From the NCBI GenBank assembly GCA_963828495.1, contig CAWHFJ010000013.1, forward strand, positions 71,952 through 135,951: 64,000 nucleotides of DNA, written 5' to 3'. The notes under the pieces were generated by a model. It ran no database searches. It saw only the letters and a list, made by a program, of their open reading frames with translations, and was not told the origin of the DNA. A program made the translations under genes and the position numbers. The stretch is from Candidatus Omnitrophota bacterium (GTDB lineage: Bacteria; Omnitrophota; Gorgyraeia; Zapsychrales; Fredricksoniimonadaceae). Positions 1-9,685 of this stretch are shown in pieces (the stretch's first letter is position 1; each line of letters opens with the position of its first letter).

Positions 1-933
1 ATTATAATACCAGCGTATCTGGTGGACCCTGTTGCCTCCCAAAGGGATATAGACATAATCCCTGAACCAAGTGGACAGAGAGATGTGCCATCGCCTCCAG
101 AATTCGGCTATAGATTGGGCAAAATACGGCCTGTTAAAATTGCACATCAGACGAAATCCCATCACCTGGGCCGCGCCGATGGCGATATCCGAATACCCCG
201 AAAAATCACAATAAATCTGGAAAGCAAAAAAGAATGTCGCCACGATAAAACTGATGCCCTGATAATCTGTGGGCTTGCCGTAAACGCTGCTGACAAAAGA
301 TGACAGTCTATCCGCGATCACGATCTTTTTGAACATCCCCCAGGCCATGAGCTTAAGGCCGTCGGTCACCCTTTCATAATCGAAGTAATGTTCTTCATAA
401 AATTGATGCAATAAATGCTGCGGCCTCTCAATGGGGCCGGAAACCAGCTGGGGATAGAACATCACATAGAGAGAATATATGCCGAAATGATGTTCCGCTT
501 TTTGCCGCTTTCTGTAAACCTCAACCACATAACTCAAACTTTGGAAAGTATGAAACGACAAGCCTATAGGTAAGGCCAGCTGCAAGATCCCGACCGGATA
601 ATTTAAATGAAAGAACTTTCCGATTATAGCCGCATTAGTGTTGAAAAAATTGAAATATTTGAAAACGAACAACACCGCGCATGTGGAAATGATGCTCAGG
701 ACAAGGAGTCCCCTGCGCTTGCGCTCATCTTCGGTTTTCTCGATCTGAATGCCTAAGAAATAATCTATGGAAATAGTCACCAATAAAATAAAAATATAAA
801 CCGGGATGAATGCCATGTAAAAGACGCAACTGGCCAAAAGCAAAAAGGCCCAACGCATCTTGTGCGGAAGTAAAAAATACAACGCCGTTACTATGGGGAA
901 AAAAATAAGAAATTGGTATGAATTAAATAGCAT
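1..933 (-). CDS. MBOAT-family membrane O-acyltransferase (AlgI/PatA/DltB-like), partial; C-terminus runs off the window start
   Basis: Absent from the ORF track because it has no stop in the window. My translation of the minus strand from the ATG at 933-931 gives MLFNSYQFLIFFPIVTALYF...HTFQSLSYVVEVYR...YPQLVSGPIERP...FWRRWHISLSTWFRDYVYIPLGGNR, which are typical AlgI/MBOAT motifs. The frame stays open to base 1. Confidence 0.85.
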   Translation of the reverse strand, partial: MLFNSYQFLIFFPIVTALYFLLPHKMRWAFLLLASCVFYMAFIPVYIFILLVTISIDYFLGIQIEKTEDERKRRGLLVLSIISTCAVLFVFKYFNFFNTNAAIIGKFFHLNYPVGILQLALPIGLSFHTFQSLSYVVEVYRKRQKAEHHFGIYSLYVMFYPQLVSGPIERPQHLLHQFYEEHYFDYERVTDGLKLMAWGMFKKIVIADRLSSFVSSVYGKPTDYQGISFIVATFFFAFQIYCDFSGYSDIAIGAAQVMGFRLMCNFNRPYFAQSIAEFWRRWHISLSTWFRDYVYIPLGGNRVHQIRWYYN

Positions 934-951
934 CGGACCTGTTCCCGTTAT

Positions 952-2118
952 TTAACAAACCGATTGATATAAAGATATTAATTTTTCATAATTCATTTGA
1001 GCTGAAAACTTACCTTCAAACACGCTTCTGGCTGCTTTGCCCCACGTCCGTAACCTTACGCTATTGTCGGTCAACATATGTATTTTTTGTATCAGATCTT
1101 GAACATCTCCCGGATTAAACAATAACCCCGTTTGATTGTCAACGACTATTTCCTGCAAACTCCCTAATCGGCTGGCTATGACCGGAATCCCGCAAGCCAA
1201 AGCTTCTATACTGACAAGGGTGTACTGCTCATACCAAAGGGAAGGGACAATCACAGCCTTGGCCTTTTTAAAAATCTCATAATAATCTGTCTTCCCCAAA
1301 TGCCCCAATAAACGGATGTTCTGTAATCCATATTTTTTGATAGTGTTTTGAGAACTTGCCTTTAAAGGACCGTCTCCCATCACCATCAGTTTCTCTGCTG
1401 GTAAATATTTAAAAGCCTCCAAAACCACACTAATCCCTTTTTCCTCAGTTAAACGGCCGGCAAAAACAAAATAATCCCCTACGTCTGTCCGAGGGCCAGG
1501 GTCAACAGCAAGAAAATTGGGCTTAACAAAAATTTTTTCGGCAGGCAGTCCTGCTTCTATAAACTTACCGCGCGCAAAATCATTAACCGCAATAAAAAGA
1601 TCAACCTTATGCAGCCACGTGTCCTGTTGCCAATGTTTTTCAAGCATACGGACAACGCCCCAGGTCAACACTCGGGAGTGACGATAACATCCGTATTTGA
1701 TACCTGTACGCAATGAATGACGCCTACACTCTTCACACACATGCCCCTGACGAAAAAGAAGCCCGTTGGCACACAATAAACGAAAATTATGCAGTGTTTG
1801 AACAACCGGGACCCCCATGCTTTTACAGGCTGAATAGACCGAAGGCGTCATCATAAAAAACGTATTGTGAAAATGGGCAACGTCAGGCTTAAAGTTTATA
1901 CAATGATTAAGGATGCGCTCGTAAGCTTCCTTAGACCATCCCCAGGACAAAAAGTTCTGCATCTTAGAGGTGACTGACAAATCATTAAAATCTTTATTAT
2001 CACATTCTAAAAATAAAACATCATGCCCATGCTGGCGCAGCATGTCGACTTCTGATTGGGCGACAACATCTTCTCCGCCGGGCTGTTGGTAATGATTATG
2101 GCCAATAAGTATTTTCAT
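952..2118 (-). CDS. glycosyltransferase, GT-B fold (GT4-like)
   Basis: 388-aa ORF. The C-terminal donor-binding region FVFAGRLTEEKGISVVLEAF...VPSLWYEQYTLVSIEALACGIPVIASRLGSLQEIV is typical of GT4. Confidence 0.85.
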   Translation of the reverse strand: MKILIGHNHYQQPGGEDVVAQSEVDMLRQHGHDVLFLECDNKDFNDLSVTSKMQNFLSWGWSKEAYERILNHCINFKPDVAHFHNTFFMMTPSVYSACKSMGVPVVQTLHNFRLLCANGLLFRQGHVCEECRRHSLRTGIKYGCYRHSRVLTWGVVRMLEKHWQQDTWLHKVDLFIAVNDFARGKFIEAGLPAEKIFVKPNFLAVDPGPRTDVGDYFVFAGRLTEEKGISVVLEAFKYLPAEKLMVMGDGPLKASSQNTIKKYGLQNIRLLGHLGKTDYYEIFKKAKAVIVPSLWYEQYTLVSIEALACGIPVIASRLGSLQEIVVDNQTGLLFNPGDVQDLIQKIHMLTDNSVRLRTWGKAARSVFEGKFSAQMNYEKLISLYQSVC

Positions 2119-2121
2119 AAC

Positions 2122-3264
2122 TCAGCGTAAATGGTGATAGATCTCGCGCAAACGCCGCATTTCGCGCTCGACATTAAAAGAAGACCGGACCTTCTCCAAA
2201 CCCCTTTGCCCCATGGCGATCGCTTGAGGGACATCCTGGCAGAGCCCTACTATCTTACGGGCGAAAGCCTGTGCATCCGCCGTATCTACCAGAATACCGT
2301 CTATGCCATCCTCAATGGCTTCCCGCACCCCATCGATATCAGACGCCACCGACGGCCTGGCCATCGACATGGCTTCCAGTAAGGTCGTGGGCAGGCCCTC
2401 CCTCAAAGAAGAAAGCGCGTAAATATCATAGGTCTGCAGCACATCTTTAATGGCCGCTCTTCCGGGAAAAGGCCTGAATTCCAGACGGTCATCAATCGAG
2501 AGTTCTTTCGCCAGCGCCTTTAAAGAGTGCTCCTGCGGACCTTGTCCGCAAATCACAAAACGGGCGCCAGGGACGTCCTCGAGGACCAAAGCCGCCGCCC
2601 TGATAAACCGGTCCAAGCCCTTTTCAACACTTAAACGCGACAGTGTCCCGATGACAGGAGCTCCACTCATAAGCCCGGAATACGTCAGCTCTTGTGGCGC
2701 TCCCTGGTGAAGGGGACTGATCCCCAAATGCACCACTTCCACTTTTGAACGCGGCCTGAGGCCTTCTTTAATCAATTCCCGGGCAATGCCGTTGGAGACC
2801 GCAATAGTGCGGGTAAAATAGCTTTTAAAACACGCATTCATCGCACGGTACAACATCCTTTTAGGCCAAGATACCGTCGATGGCGCAAACCTGCCATCAT
2901 CATGGCATAAAAAAACCTTGATACCCGCGAGATACGCCGCTACCCCTGCCAGGACCTGGGTCTGGTCATCAAAGGCGTCGACAATATCAAACTTTTCCCG
3001 GCGAAAAATACCTATAAGTTCCGCCATAAATGGCAAAAATAACATTTTCTTGGCATGAGGGATAATAATAATATCCCGGGGATCCATAGCCCCGTCGGAG
3101 GCAATGGCATCCCGCATCTGGTCGGCGACCTTTGAACAAAGCAAAACCTTGAAAGATAATCCCTGGCCATTAAGATGACCCACAATACTGCGGATATGCC
3201 ATGACACCCCGCCGATCAGGTTGTTAAAAGAAACCAGGACGATTTTTTTATCTTTCAAATCCAT
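2122..3264 (-). CDS. glycosyltransferase, GT-B fold (GT4-like)
   Basis: 380-aa ORF with GTLSRLSVEKGLDRFIRAA...LSSLREGLPTTLLEAMSMARPSVASDIDGVREAI (E-x7-E region). Confidence 0.85.
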   Translation of the reverse strand: MDLKDKKIVLVSFNNLIGGVSWHIRSIVGHLNGQGLSFKVLLCSKVADQMRDAIASDGAMDPRDIIIIPHAKKMLFLPFMAELIGIFRREKFDIVDAFDDQTQVLAGVAAYLAGIKVFLCHDDGRFAPSTVSWPKRMLYRAMNACFKSYFTRTIAVSNGIARELIKEGLRPRSKVEVVHLGISPLHQGAPQELTYSGLMSGAPVIGTLSRLSVEKGLDRFIRAAALVLEDVPGARFVICGQGPQEHSLKALAKELSIDDRLEFRPFPGRAAIKDVLQTYDIYALSSLREGLPTTLLEAMSMARPSVASDIDGVREAIEDGIDGILVDTADAQAFARKIVGLCQDVPQAIAMGQRGLEKVRSSFNVEREMRRLREIYHHLR

Positions 3265-4259
3265 CTCTTGTCCCTGATAAACTCTTCGATAATATTTTCC
3301 GGACTAAATGCCGCGGGCCACCATGACCGCCGCCAACAGGCCATCATCGCCAAAGGCAAAAGAATAAAGGACTTCAAAGGGATGTCCCAACTTGCCCACG
3401 ATAAGCCTCTATTGTGTTTAATTAAATTTTCCCAGATCCATCGTCCTCTCAAAGCACTGATGCCGTCTTTCCCAATGTTATCAAGCCATTCTTCGATATC
3501 CTTCTGGTCACAATCTAATCCATAGACACGTGCCGTGTTAAACAAAAGAGCCAAAACAGCATAATAGTGTACGTCTCTACCCTGCGGCTGATGCCGCGTT
3601 GTATGTGAATCGGCGGCCCCAAAACGCAGAATGCCCACCCGTTGGTGCACTCCACCCAGCCGCCCATGTAAACCCAAACGCAGGACAAGATCAAAATCCT
3701 CAGCTTTCTCCATGTCTTGTCTGTAACCTCCTATCTGGTGAAAAATTGTCTTTCGAAACACAAGAGTAGAATGGAGAATCGGAGAAAGAGTGGACCGTAA
3801 AAAAAGCATGATTGCCTCATGCTCCAAAGGATACCGGGTCGTCCATTGGTGTCTTCGAAAAATTGATTGCCCCCTCCGCTGCGAAGAACAAATTCTCTGA
3901 GCGTTCCCTCCAACCGCAACTAATGCCTTGTCCTTGCTCAATAATGCCACCTGAAGACGCAGGCGGTCAGGTAATGCCCTGTCATCCGCATCTAAAATCG
4001 CGCAAAATTCACCCCGTGCTTGTTGGATAGCCCTATTGCGCGCGCGGGCTACCCCGCAAAACTCTTCGTGGATCACGCGCAGGCGAGGATGCTTGAGCGA
4101 TTCTAAAACTTTTCGGGAATTATCCGTAGAGCCGCAATCAATAATAATGTGTTCCCATGAATCAAAGGACTGATTAAGTACAGAAGCCACGCAATCCGGA
4201 AGATAACCGGCACCATTATAATTGCTCGTAATAACAGAAACTAACGGGATATTATCCAT
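3255..4259 (-). CDS. glycosyltransferase family 2 (GT-A fold)
   Basis: 334-aa ORF with VSVITSNYNGAGYLPDCVASVLNQSF, DCGSTDNS and ILDADD (DxD) motifs. Confidence 0.85.
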   Translation of the reverse strand: MDNIPLVSVITSNYNGAGYLPDCVASVLNQSFDSWEHIIIDCGSTDNSRKVLESLKHPRLRVIHEEFCGVARARNRAIQQARGEFCAILDADDRALPDRLRLQVALLSKDKALVAVGGNAQRICSSQRRGQSIFRRHQWTTRYPLEHEAIMLFLRSTLSPILHSTLVFRKTIFHQIGGYRQDMEKAEDFDLVLRLGLHGRLGGVHQRVGILRFGAADSHTTRHQPQGRDVHYYAVLALLFNTARVYGLDCDQKDIEEWLDNIGKDGISALRGRWIWENLIKHNRGLSWASWDIPLKSFILLPLAMMACWRRSWWPAAFSPENIIEEFIRDKRWI

Positions 4260-4266
4260 AACACTC

Positions 4267-5169
4267 CTATAAGATCTTTAACCAATCCCCGGGCCATATA
4301 TCATCATTAACCAATCTGGCCTGGGAAAGCCATTGTTGAGGCGCCACGACGACTTTGTCCGGACTGGCGTTAAGCCACGCCCCCCACCAGCTAAAACTGC
4401 TGTTGGCGATAATATGATGCCGGCATCTCGTCATCAGCCGCATATCCATCCAAGCGGGCTTACCCGCGTTCACATCAACAAAGACACCCTCACCTTTAAA
4501 GCGCAGGTTGTCGCGGCACCAGCTCAAGTCATCTGAAAAAACATAATAGCAACCCCGAGGGAACCTCTTGTCTATCACAGACATGGCCGATTGATAATAC
4601 TCCAGCGGCAACAGCCCGTGATGAGCATGTGTTTTAGGATCAGAACTATAATCCCCCCTACGGACATGCACAGAAACAGACTCGACTCCGCCTCTGAGGT
4701 CCGAGGCCATCTTGTCTAGCATCGCCTGATTGGCTTCATCAGGCACAGCACGAAAAGCGAAATCATTCCGGATCACATCCTCTGCGTCCTTAAAATATTT
4801 TTCCGACTGCCAAAAGCCTTGCAAAAAAACATTCCCTCCGGCGCGCCATTCGAGAATGCGCTTTTGGGCCACCGGAGAATGGTCAAACAACACAACCCAA
4901 GCCGGTCGTCCGCATAAAGCCCTCCAAAAAGGCAGGCGCCGCAGCAAAACATTGCGTTGTTCCAAGGGTATGTCCTTCTTATCCGCAAACCGTATCGGCA
5001 GAGAAAAAATATCCAATGCAAATGCCCTGATCGTTTCATGAGCAGGGACATCGATAAACCATGACTTATCAAAAAGGACGGCATCCCCTGTGCGTAGCCC
5101 CAAGGCCCGTCCCAAGGCATACTGAAACATCTGATTACCAAGGCCGCCTTGAAGCTTAACAATAATCAT
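4267..5169 (-). CDS. GT11-family alpha-1,2-fucosyltransferase-like glycosyltransferase
   Basis: 300-aa ORF. MIIVKLQGGLGNQMFQYALGRAL and HVRRGDY are the signature GT11 motifs. Confidence 0.85.
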   Translation of the reverse strand: MIIVKLQGGLGNQMFQYALGRALGLRTGDAVLFDKSWFIDVPAHETIRAFALDIFSLPIRFADKKDIPLEQRNVLLRRLPFWRALCGRPAWVVLFDHSPVAQKRILEWRAGGNVFLQGFWQSEKYFKDAEDVIRNDFAFRAVPDEANQAMLDKMASDLRGGVESVSVHVRRGDYSSDPKTHAHHGLLPLEYYQSAMSVIDKRFPRGCYYVFSDDLSWCRDNLRFKGEGVFVDVNAGKPAWMDMRLMTRCRHHIIANSSFSWWGAWLNASPDKVVVAPQQWLSQARLVNDDIWPGDWLKIL

Positions 5170-6047
5170 TTTTTAAATACCTCTACCGGAATAAGAGATG
5201 CCTGAGTATGAAGGACAGGGTGCCTCACAGGAAACAGAATATTTTTTAAGAACCCCTTCAAATTTTTTCCCCAAAGCCCCCCATAGTCCAACTGTTTACT
5301 CAAAAATAATGCCCCGTCTTGAGAAGAAATAACAACGGTCAGGTTCTTTTCAGGAAACACATCGCGCAGTGATGGCGGGGTTATCCCCAACTTGGGAAAT
5401 TCCGACGTTAAAACAAAAATACAATTAGTTTCCGTACAACCAACGAAACTATAGCCCTTCTGTCGGGCCAAATTGACGATCGCCAGAGCGGAAGCACCAA
5501 AATATTCCCCTTGGGCTTGTACGATTTCCATACCCGGAGGAATGGTGGGATTATATTCTATAACTAAAACACGAGGCATAAATTTGGTTAAACTTTTTAA
5601 TATATAAAAATCGTCCCCATCAATGTCCACAGACATTAAATCCAATGCCGCGGATACGCCGTGAGCACATAAAATATTATCAATACTGGCAGTCCCTTCC
5701 GGCTTGACAAAAGCATTAATGACTTTCACGTTTTTATTGCCCAACCCCTCGCTTAACGCTCGAGAGCGCTTGGCATCGCCTTCTATCAGAATGGCAGACC
5801 AGCCCTGATTATGCCACAAATCCCATGTGTTGCTTAAATACTTGCCGTCCCAAGCCCCGAATTCGACACATAATTGGCTTGTTGTTCCAAGACGGCGAAA
5901 AATCTCAGCAATAATCCCGTCTTCCCCCCATTGGGATGTTATGGTGTTGCGAAAACCCAAAAGGCCTGTATCAGAAACCATATGCCCCTCCTCACTGCAC
6001 ATCAATGATGCCCGTAGCACAACAAAGCTTTTTAGCCGATAATTCAT
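5166..6047 (-). CDS. FkbM/Methyltransf_21-like SAM-dependent methyltransferase (tentative)
   Basis: 293-aa ORF. VEFGAWDGKYLSNT, GWSAILIEGD and LMSVDIDGDDFYILKSL resemble FkbM-family motifs. The listed start overlaps the upstream gene by 56 nt, whereas an internal Met at 5981 would avoid the overlap. Confidence 0.55.
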   Translation of the reverse strand: MNYRLKSFVVLRASLMCSEEGHMVSDTGLLGFRNTITSQWGEDGIIAEIFRRLGTTSQLCVEFGAWDGKYLSNTWDLWHNQGWSAILIEGDAKRSRALSEGLGNKNVKVINAFVKPEGTASIDNILCAHGVSAALDLMSVDIDGDDFYILKSLTKFMPRVLVIEYNPTIPPGMEIVQAQGEYFGASALAIVNLARQKGYSFVGCTETNCIFVLTSEFPKLGITPPSLRDVFPEKNLTVVISSQDGALFLSKQLDYGGLWGKNLKGFLKNILFPVRHPVLHTQASLIPVEVFKK

Positions 6048-7002
6048 CCGTCATATTTTCCAATACCCACCGCCTCGGGGAGAACTTCCCTTTTCTATCC
6101 CTGTACAGTTCAAGAACACTGATAAAATCCGCAGATGACTGAAAAAAGAGCCCTGTTTGATGGGACAAATACGGCGCAGATGATGCGGCCCATGTTTTTT
6201 CTCCACCCGCATGATCGCGCAGTTTGATGCTGCCCGGATTCCAAACCAACGTCGGCACATTAACAGCCCACGCCTCCAAAAGACCGATGCCTTGGCTTTC
6301 AGACCTGCTGAAAAAAACAGCGAATTCAGATGCCCTTAACTTCCTTAAATACGCCTTCGGCGTATACTGACCATACTTGATCTGCGCTATGGTGTACCCG
6401 AAACGCTGTAAAACGTCCTTGCAATGTCGGACCAACGCGGATTCTGAGGTCTTCTCATAAATTAAAACCGTCCCCTCTGTTAAATCATGCTCCGGCTTCC
6501 AAAAAGCGGCATCGACGCCTGTCGGCCATATCAAACAACGATGCAATAAAGCAGGGGCATCTTGAATATACATGTCGTAGGTCCACTGGCTATTCACCAG
6601 ATAATAATCAATTAAAGGATGTGTAATCAGCTCCAGATTATCCGAAGGCAAATTAACTAAATTCGGCCCTGCCAGTAATTGTTGAATCTTCCCGGTTCTT
6701 TTTAATTCAATGGCCTCTCTCAGGGCTTCTATATGGCTTAATACGATGACAACCCCACCGACGTCTTTACGGCTTTTAGGGTTGTAATTAAAATTAACCC
6801 CCTCACGTTTAAACCCATTCATCAAACTGCGTACAACAGCGCCAGGACCACGCTCGGCATACCGCAGCATTCTTTTGACATACCGCTTAAAGGCACCGCT
6901 ATTGGTCATCGGCAATTCATACGTCGGCTCAGTCAATATGGTTATCTTCTTTCCCTTAAGCATTAGATATGGCCATAAAATTCGTTGTCCTGAATTGCTC
7001 AT
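5992..7002 (-). CDS. glycosyltransferase-like protein, GT-B C-terminal domain (tentative)
   Basis: 336-aa ORF. FAVFFSRSESQGIGLLEAWAVNVPTLVW resembles a GT1/GT4 donor-binding region. The gene is embedded in a GT operon. An alternative start at 6963 is possible. Confidence 0.55.
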   Translation of the reverse strand: MSNSGQRILWPYLMLKGKKITILTEPTYELPMTNSGAFKRYVKRMLRYAERGPGAVVRSLMNGFKREGVNFNYNPKSRKDVGGVVIVLSHIEALREAIELKRTGKIQQLLAGPNLVNLPSDNLELITHPLIDYYLVNSQWTYDMYIQDAPALLHRCLIWPTGVDAAFWKPEHDLTEGTVLIYEKTSESALVRHCKDVLQRFGYTIAQIKYGQYTPKAYLRKLRASEFAVFFSRSESQGIGLLEAWAVNVPTLVWNPGSIKLRDHAGGEKTWAASSAPYLSHQTGLFFQSSADFISVLELYRDRKGKFSPRRWVLENMTDELSAKKLCCATGIIDVQ

Positions 7003-7762
7003 GAATTTCTTTATACGATCCGATGGGGTACAAGTATCCCGAAGGCGTGATCCTGAAGATTTTCATATTGAGCCCGCTAAAGAAATACCAAAAATCCCGA
7101 AAGAATGTCCGTGTATCTATATTGCATCCGCCGAATTCAAACGTGATGATGTCGATCGCCTTCGTGGCAAACATCCTTCTTGCACCGGCGAGAGCATCAA
7201 GCTCGTGGCCTTCAATATCAAGTTTTAACAGATGGATATGGTTGATCGCATTTTCTAAACAGTACTCATCAATAGTCGTGATCTCTACTTTTTCTGATTC
7301 GTTAAAATCAATCCCTAAGTGATCCAGCCTTCTTTGGGTCAAAGAGGCAAGACCGGAACCCTCGCTATCAAAATATAATACGGCCTCGCCTTTTTCTTTA
7401 CCTATCCCCCTATTATTCAGTCTGATCCGCGTGTCTTTGGGAAAGGATTCTGCCATAATCTTAAATGTCTGACGGCCGGGCTCAAAGCAATGAACGGAAA
7501 AATCACCTTTGATATTATCAAGAATAAGCCCAAGGAACTGCCCCTTGTTGGCGCCAACATCAAAGATGCAATAGGGAGGCTTACATCTTTGCTTAAGAAC
7601 ACCCCATACAGCTTGTTCTCCGCTGGATAAAACCTCGCTTCCGGCGCCTATCCCCATCAAGTATTGGGGAAACTGCACCTTTTTTTCCAATACATCTTGA
7701 ATAAAGCGGTTCCCGGATACGTTGATCAAAACTTTCTTCAAAGCTTTTTTCAATATTGACAT
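6956..7762 (-). CDS. FkbM-family methyltransferase
   Basis: 268-aa ORF with IFDVGANKGQF and IHLLKLDIEGHELDALAGA, the canonical FkbM motifs. Confidence 0.85.
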   Translation of the reverse strand: MSILKKALKKVLINVSGNRFIQDVLEKKVQFPQYLMGIGAGSEVLSSGEQAVWGVLKQRCKPPYCIFDVGANKGQFLGLILDNIKGDFSVHCFEPGRQTFKIMAESFPKDTRIRLNNRGIGKEKGEAVLYFDSEGSGLASLTQRRLDHLGIDFNESEKVEITTIDEYCLENAINHIHLLKLDIEGHELDALAGARRMFATKAIDIITFEFGGCNIDTRTFFRDFWYFFSGLNMKIFRITPSGYLYPIGSYKEIHEQFRTTNFMAISNA

Positions 7763-9685
7763 TTACGCTGCCCTCAGCTTCCGATAACACTTTTTAAGGA
7801 ATGAGTACACTGACCGGGAATATTTGAATAATTTCCCCATTCTACTTTTAAACAAATATTTCCTTTTTTCCCTCTTGACCCGCTTCGCCCAATGGTAAAC
7901 CTCAGGGATCAATTTGGCGTGGTTCTTATCGTGCAAACATAAATACATCGCTAAATGCGGATGAGACTGATGTTCATGGGCTTCTATGAGAGTCCCCTCA
8001 TCCGTCACTTTCCATACGCGATATCCAAAACCATGGAGCCAGGCCAGAGTCTTGGCATAATTTAAATTTCTGTACTTCCTGCCTCTCAGATGCTCCGCTA
8101 TCTCAATCAATAAAACAGGCGAATCTTTCCGGAGGACCTCCTGGGCCCCCTCTAAAACCGACTGTTCAAAACCCTCTACATCAATCTTAATAAAATCCAA
8201 CTTATCAATCCCTAATTGTGCCGCTTGATTGTCTAGCGTATCCACTGGTACACGAAGAATAGGGCACTCAACATGATCGATAAAATTGTTGTCAAAACTA
8301 CTCCCGGTCCCTGTTACATGCAAATCCAGATCTCCCGGCTTATTGCCTAACCCCATCGCATGAACATAAACCCTGTCTTCCCAATTATTCAAGTTAATAG
8401 TTTTATGCATAATCTCACACGCATCCGGCTGGGGCTCAAAAGCATGAATACGAGCCTCCGAAGGACAACCGTGAGCTGCAACAAAACAATAAAGACCTGT
8501 ATTAGCCCCCACATCAAACATGATTTTTATATACGGCAAAAAGAAACGAAATATTTGCACATCAAATTCTTCCGGGATCCCGCCGGTCGTAACATGATGG
8601 GCTATGCACGCCGGGTCTTCTAATACCCCGGCATATAAAAATCCCATATCTGATTGTCCATACGAAACCTCCCTGTGTAATTGAGTGGGGCCTTCGGCCT
8701 GAGTAAAGATAGCCTCATAAATCTGCGCTAATTTCTGCACACAGCTATCGATAGAATAATACGTTTCAGCGTGAGGCTTTGCTTTGGATGCCAATTTCTG
8801 CCTCAAATTTGAATCAGCCAACAATCGGCCCAATTTTTCAGTATAATCATCCAAATCACGTGCACATAAACCGGCCGGCCCCATCATTTCAGGCTGAGTG
8901 TTCGCACCGTCTCTGCTATAATGCGACAAACACGGCTTGCCGTGCATCATGGCTTGAGCCAATACTGTTCCCCATGTTTCTCCGTCTTTTCGCCCATGCG
9001 CAAACACATCCAAAGTATTTAAAAATTTTGAAATATCTACCGGACTTTCAGAGTGGTCCAAAAAATACACCCTTTTAATGCCTAATGCCTTAGCTTGTTT
9101 TCTATACAATTGGCCCCCACCCATGATCACAAAATACCGATCGGATCTTTGAAGCCTCGCGAATGCCTGAAGCGGGATGGGACTAAATATATGATTATCG
9201 GCCCTCTGGTGGAACCCTGCCACCAATGCCTCTGATGGTATAGCGAGAGCATTTCTAAAATTATCTGATGATGCCGGAGGCTCTGCCGGTATAGGGATGA
9301 CGCTGCTTTTTTCTAATCTTCCCCCGGAGCCAAGCCATCTGGTCCTCTGCCATTGTGACGGATGAATAGCGCATGCTATATTCCTGCCATTATCTACTTG
9401 TGCATTTAACCCGACATACTCTACAACCGGCAGCTTGGTTAGAGAATACGGATATACCCCATGACCTACCTTGCCTGTCTGAACCATATCGTATTTCTTT
9501 TCATCAAATTTTTTCCAAAAATCCGTACCCCCCCCATCATGTGAGGTATCGCAGTCATAATAATCCGCGACAAATCTATCCTTCGGAAGATTGGCGGCCA
9601 TCATCCGCAGCCACTGCTGGGTTCCGCCAGCGGCCAGCCCATCGAACTTGATAAAAGCAATCCTAATTCTTTTTTGAGAGCTCAT
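7763..9685 (-). CDS. bifunctional glycosyltransferase (GT-B-like N-terminal half) / FkbM-family methyltransferase (C-terminal half)
   Basis: 640-aa ORF. The N-terminal half has LDVFAHGRKDGETWGTVLAQAMMHGKPCLSH, which is GT4-like. The C-terminal half has MFDVGANTGLY and LDFIKIDVEGFEQSVLEGA, which are FkbM motifs. Confidence 0.75.
   Translation of the reverse strand: MSSQKRIRIAFIKFDGLAAGGTQQWLRMMAANLPKDRFVADYYDCDTSHDGGGTDFWKKFDEKKYDMVQTGKVGHGVYPYSLTKLPVVEYVGLNAQVDNGRNIACAIHPSQWQRTRWLGSGGRLEKSSVIPIPAEPPASSDNFRNALAIPSEALVAGFHQRADNHIFSPIPLQAFARLQRSDRYFVIMGGGQLYRKQAKALGIKRVYFLDHSESPVDISKFLNTLDVFAHGRKDGETWGTVLAQAMMHGKPCLSHYSRDGANTQPEMMGPAGLCARDLDDYTEKLGRLLADSNLRQKLASKAKPHAETYYSIDSCVQKLAQIYEAIFTQAEGPTQLHREVSYGQSDMGFLYAGVLEDPACIAHHVTTGGIPEEFDVQIFRFFLPYIKIMFDVGANTGLYCFVAAHGCPSEARIHAFEPQPDACEIMHKTINLNNWEDRVYVHAMGLGNKPGDLDLHVTGTGSSFDNNFIDHVECPILRVPVDTLDNQAAQLGIDKLDFIKIDVEGFEQSVLEGAQEVLRKDSPVLLIEIAEHLRGRKYRNLNYAKTLAWLHGFGYRVWKVTDEGTLIEAHEHQSHPHLAMYLCLHDKNHAKLIPEVYHWAKRVKREKRKYLFKSRMGKLFKYSRSVYSFLKKCYRKLRAA

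Noticed and set aside
22-303. 93-aa plus-strand ORF at the window start
   Set aside because: It lies antisense within the strongly supported minus-strand MBOAT gene (1-933). It has no recognisable motifs and is Pro/Arg-rich shadow-ORF-like.
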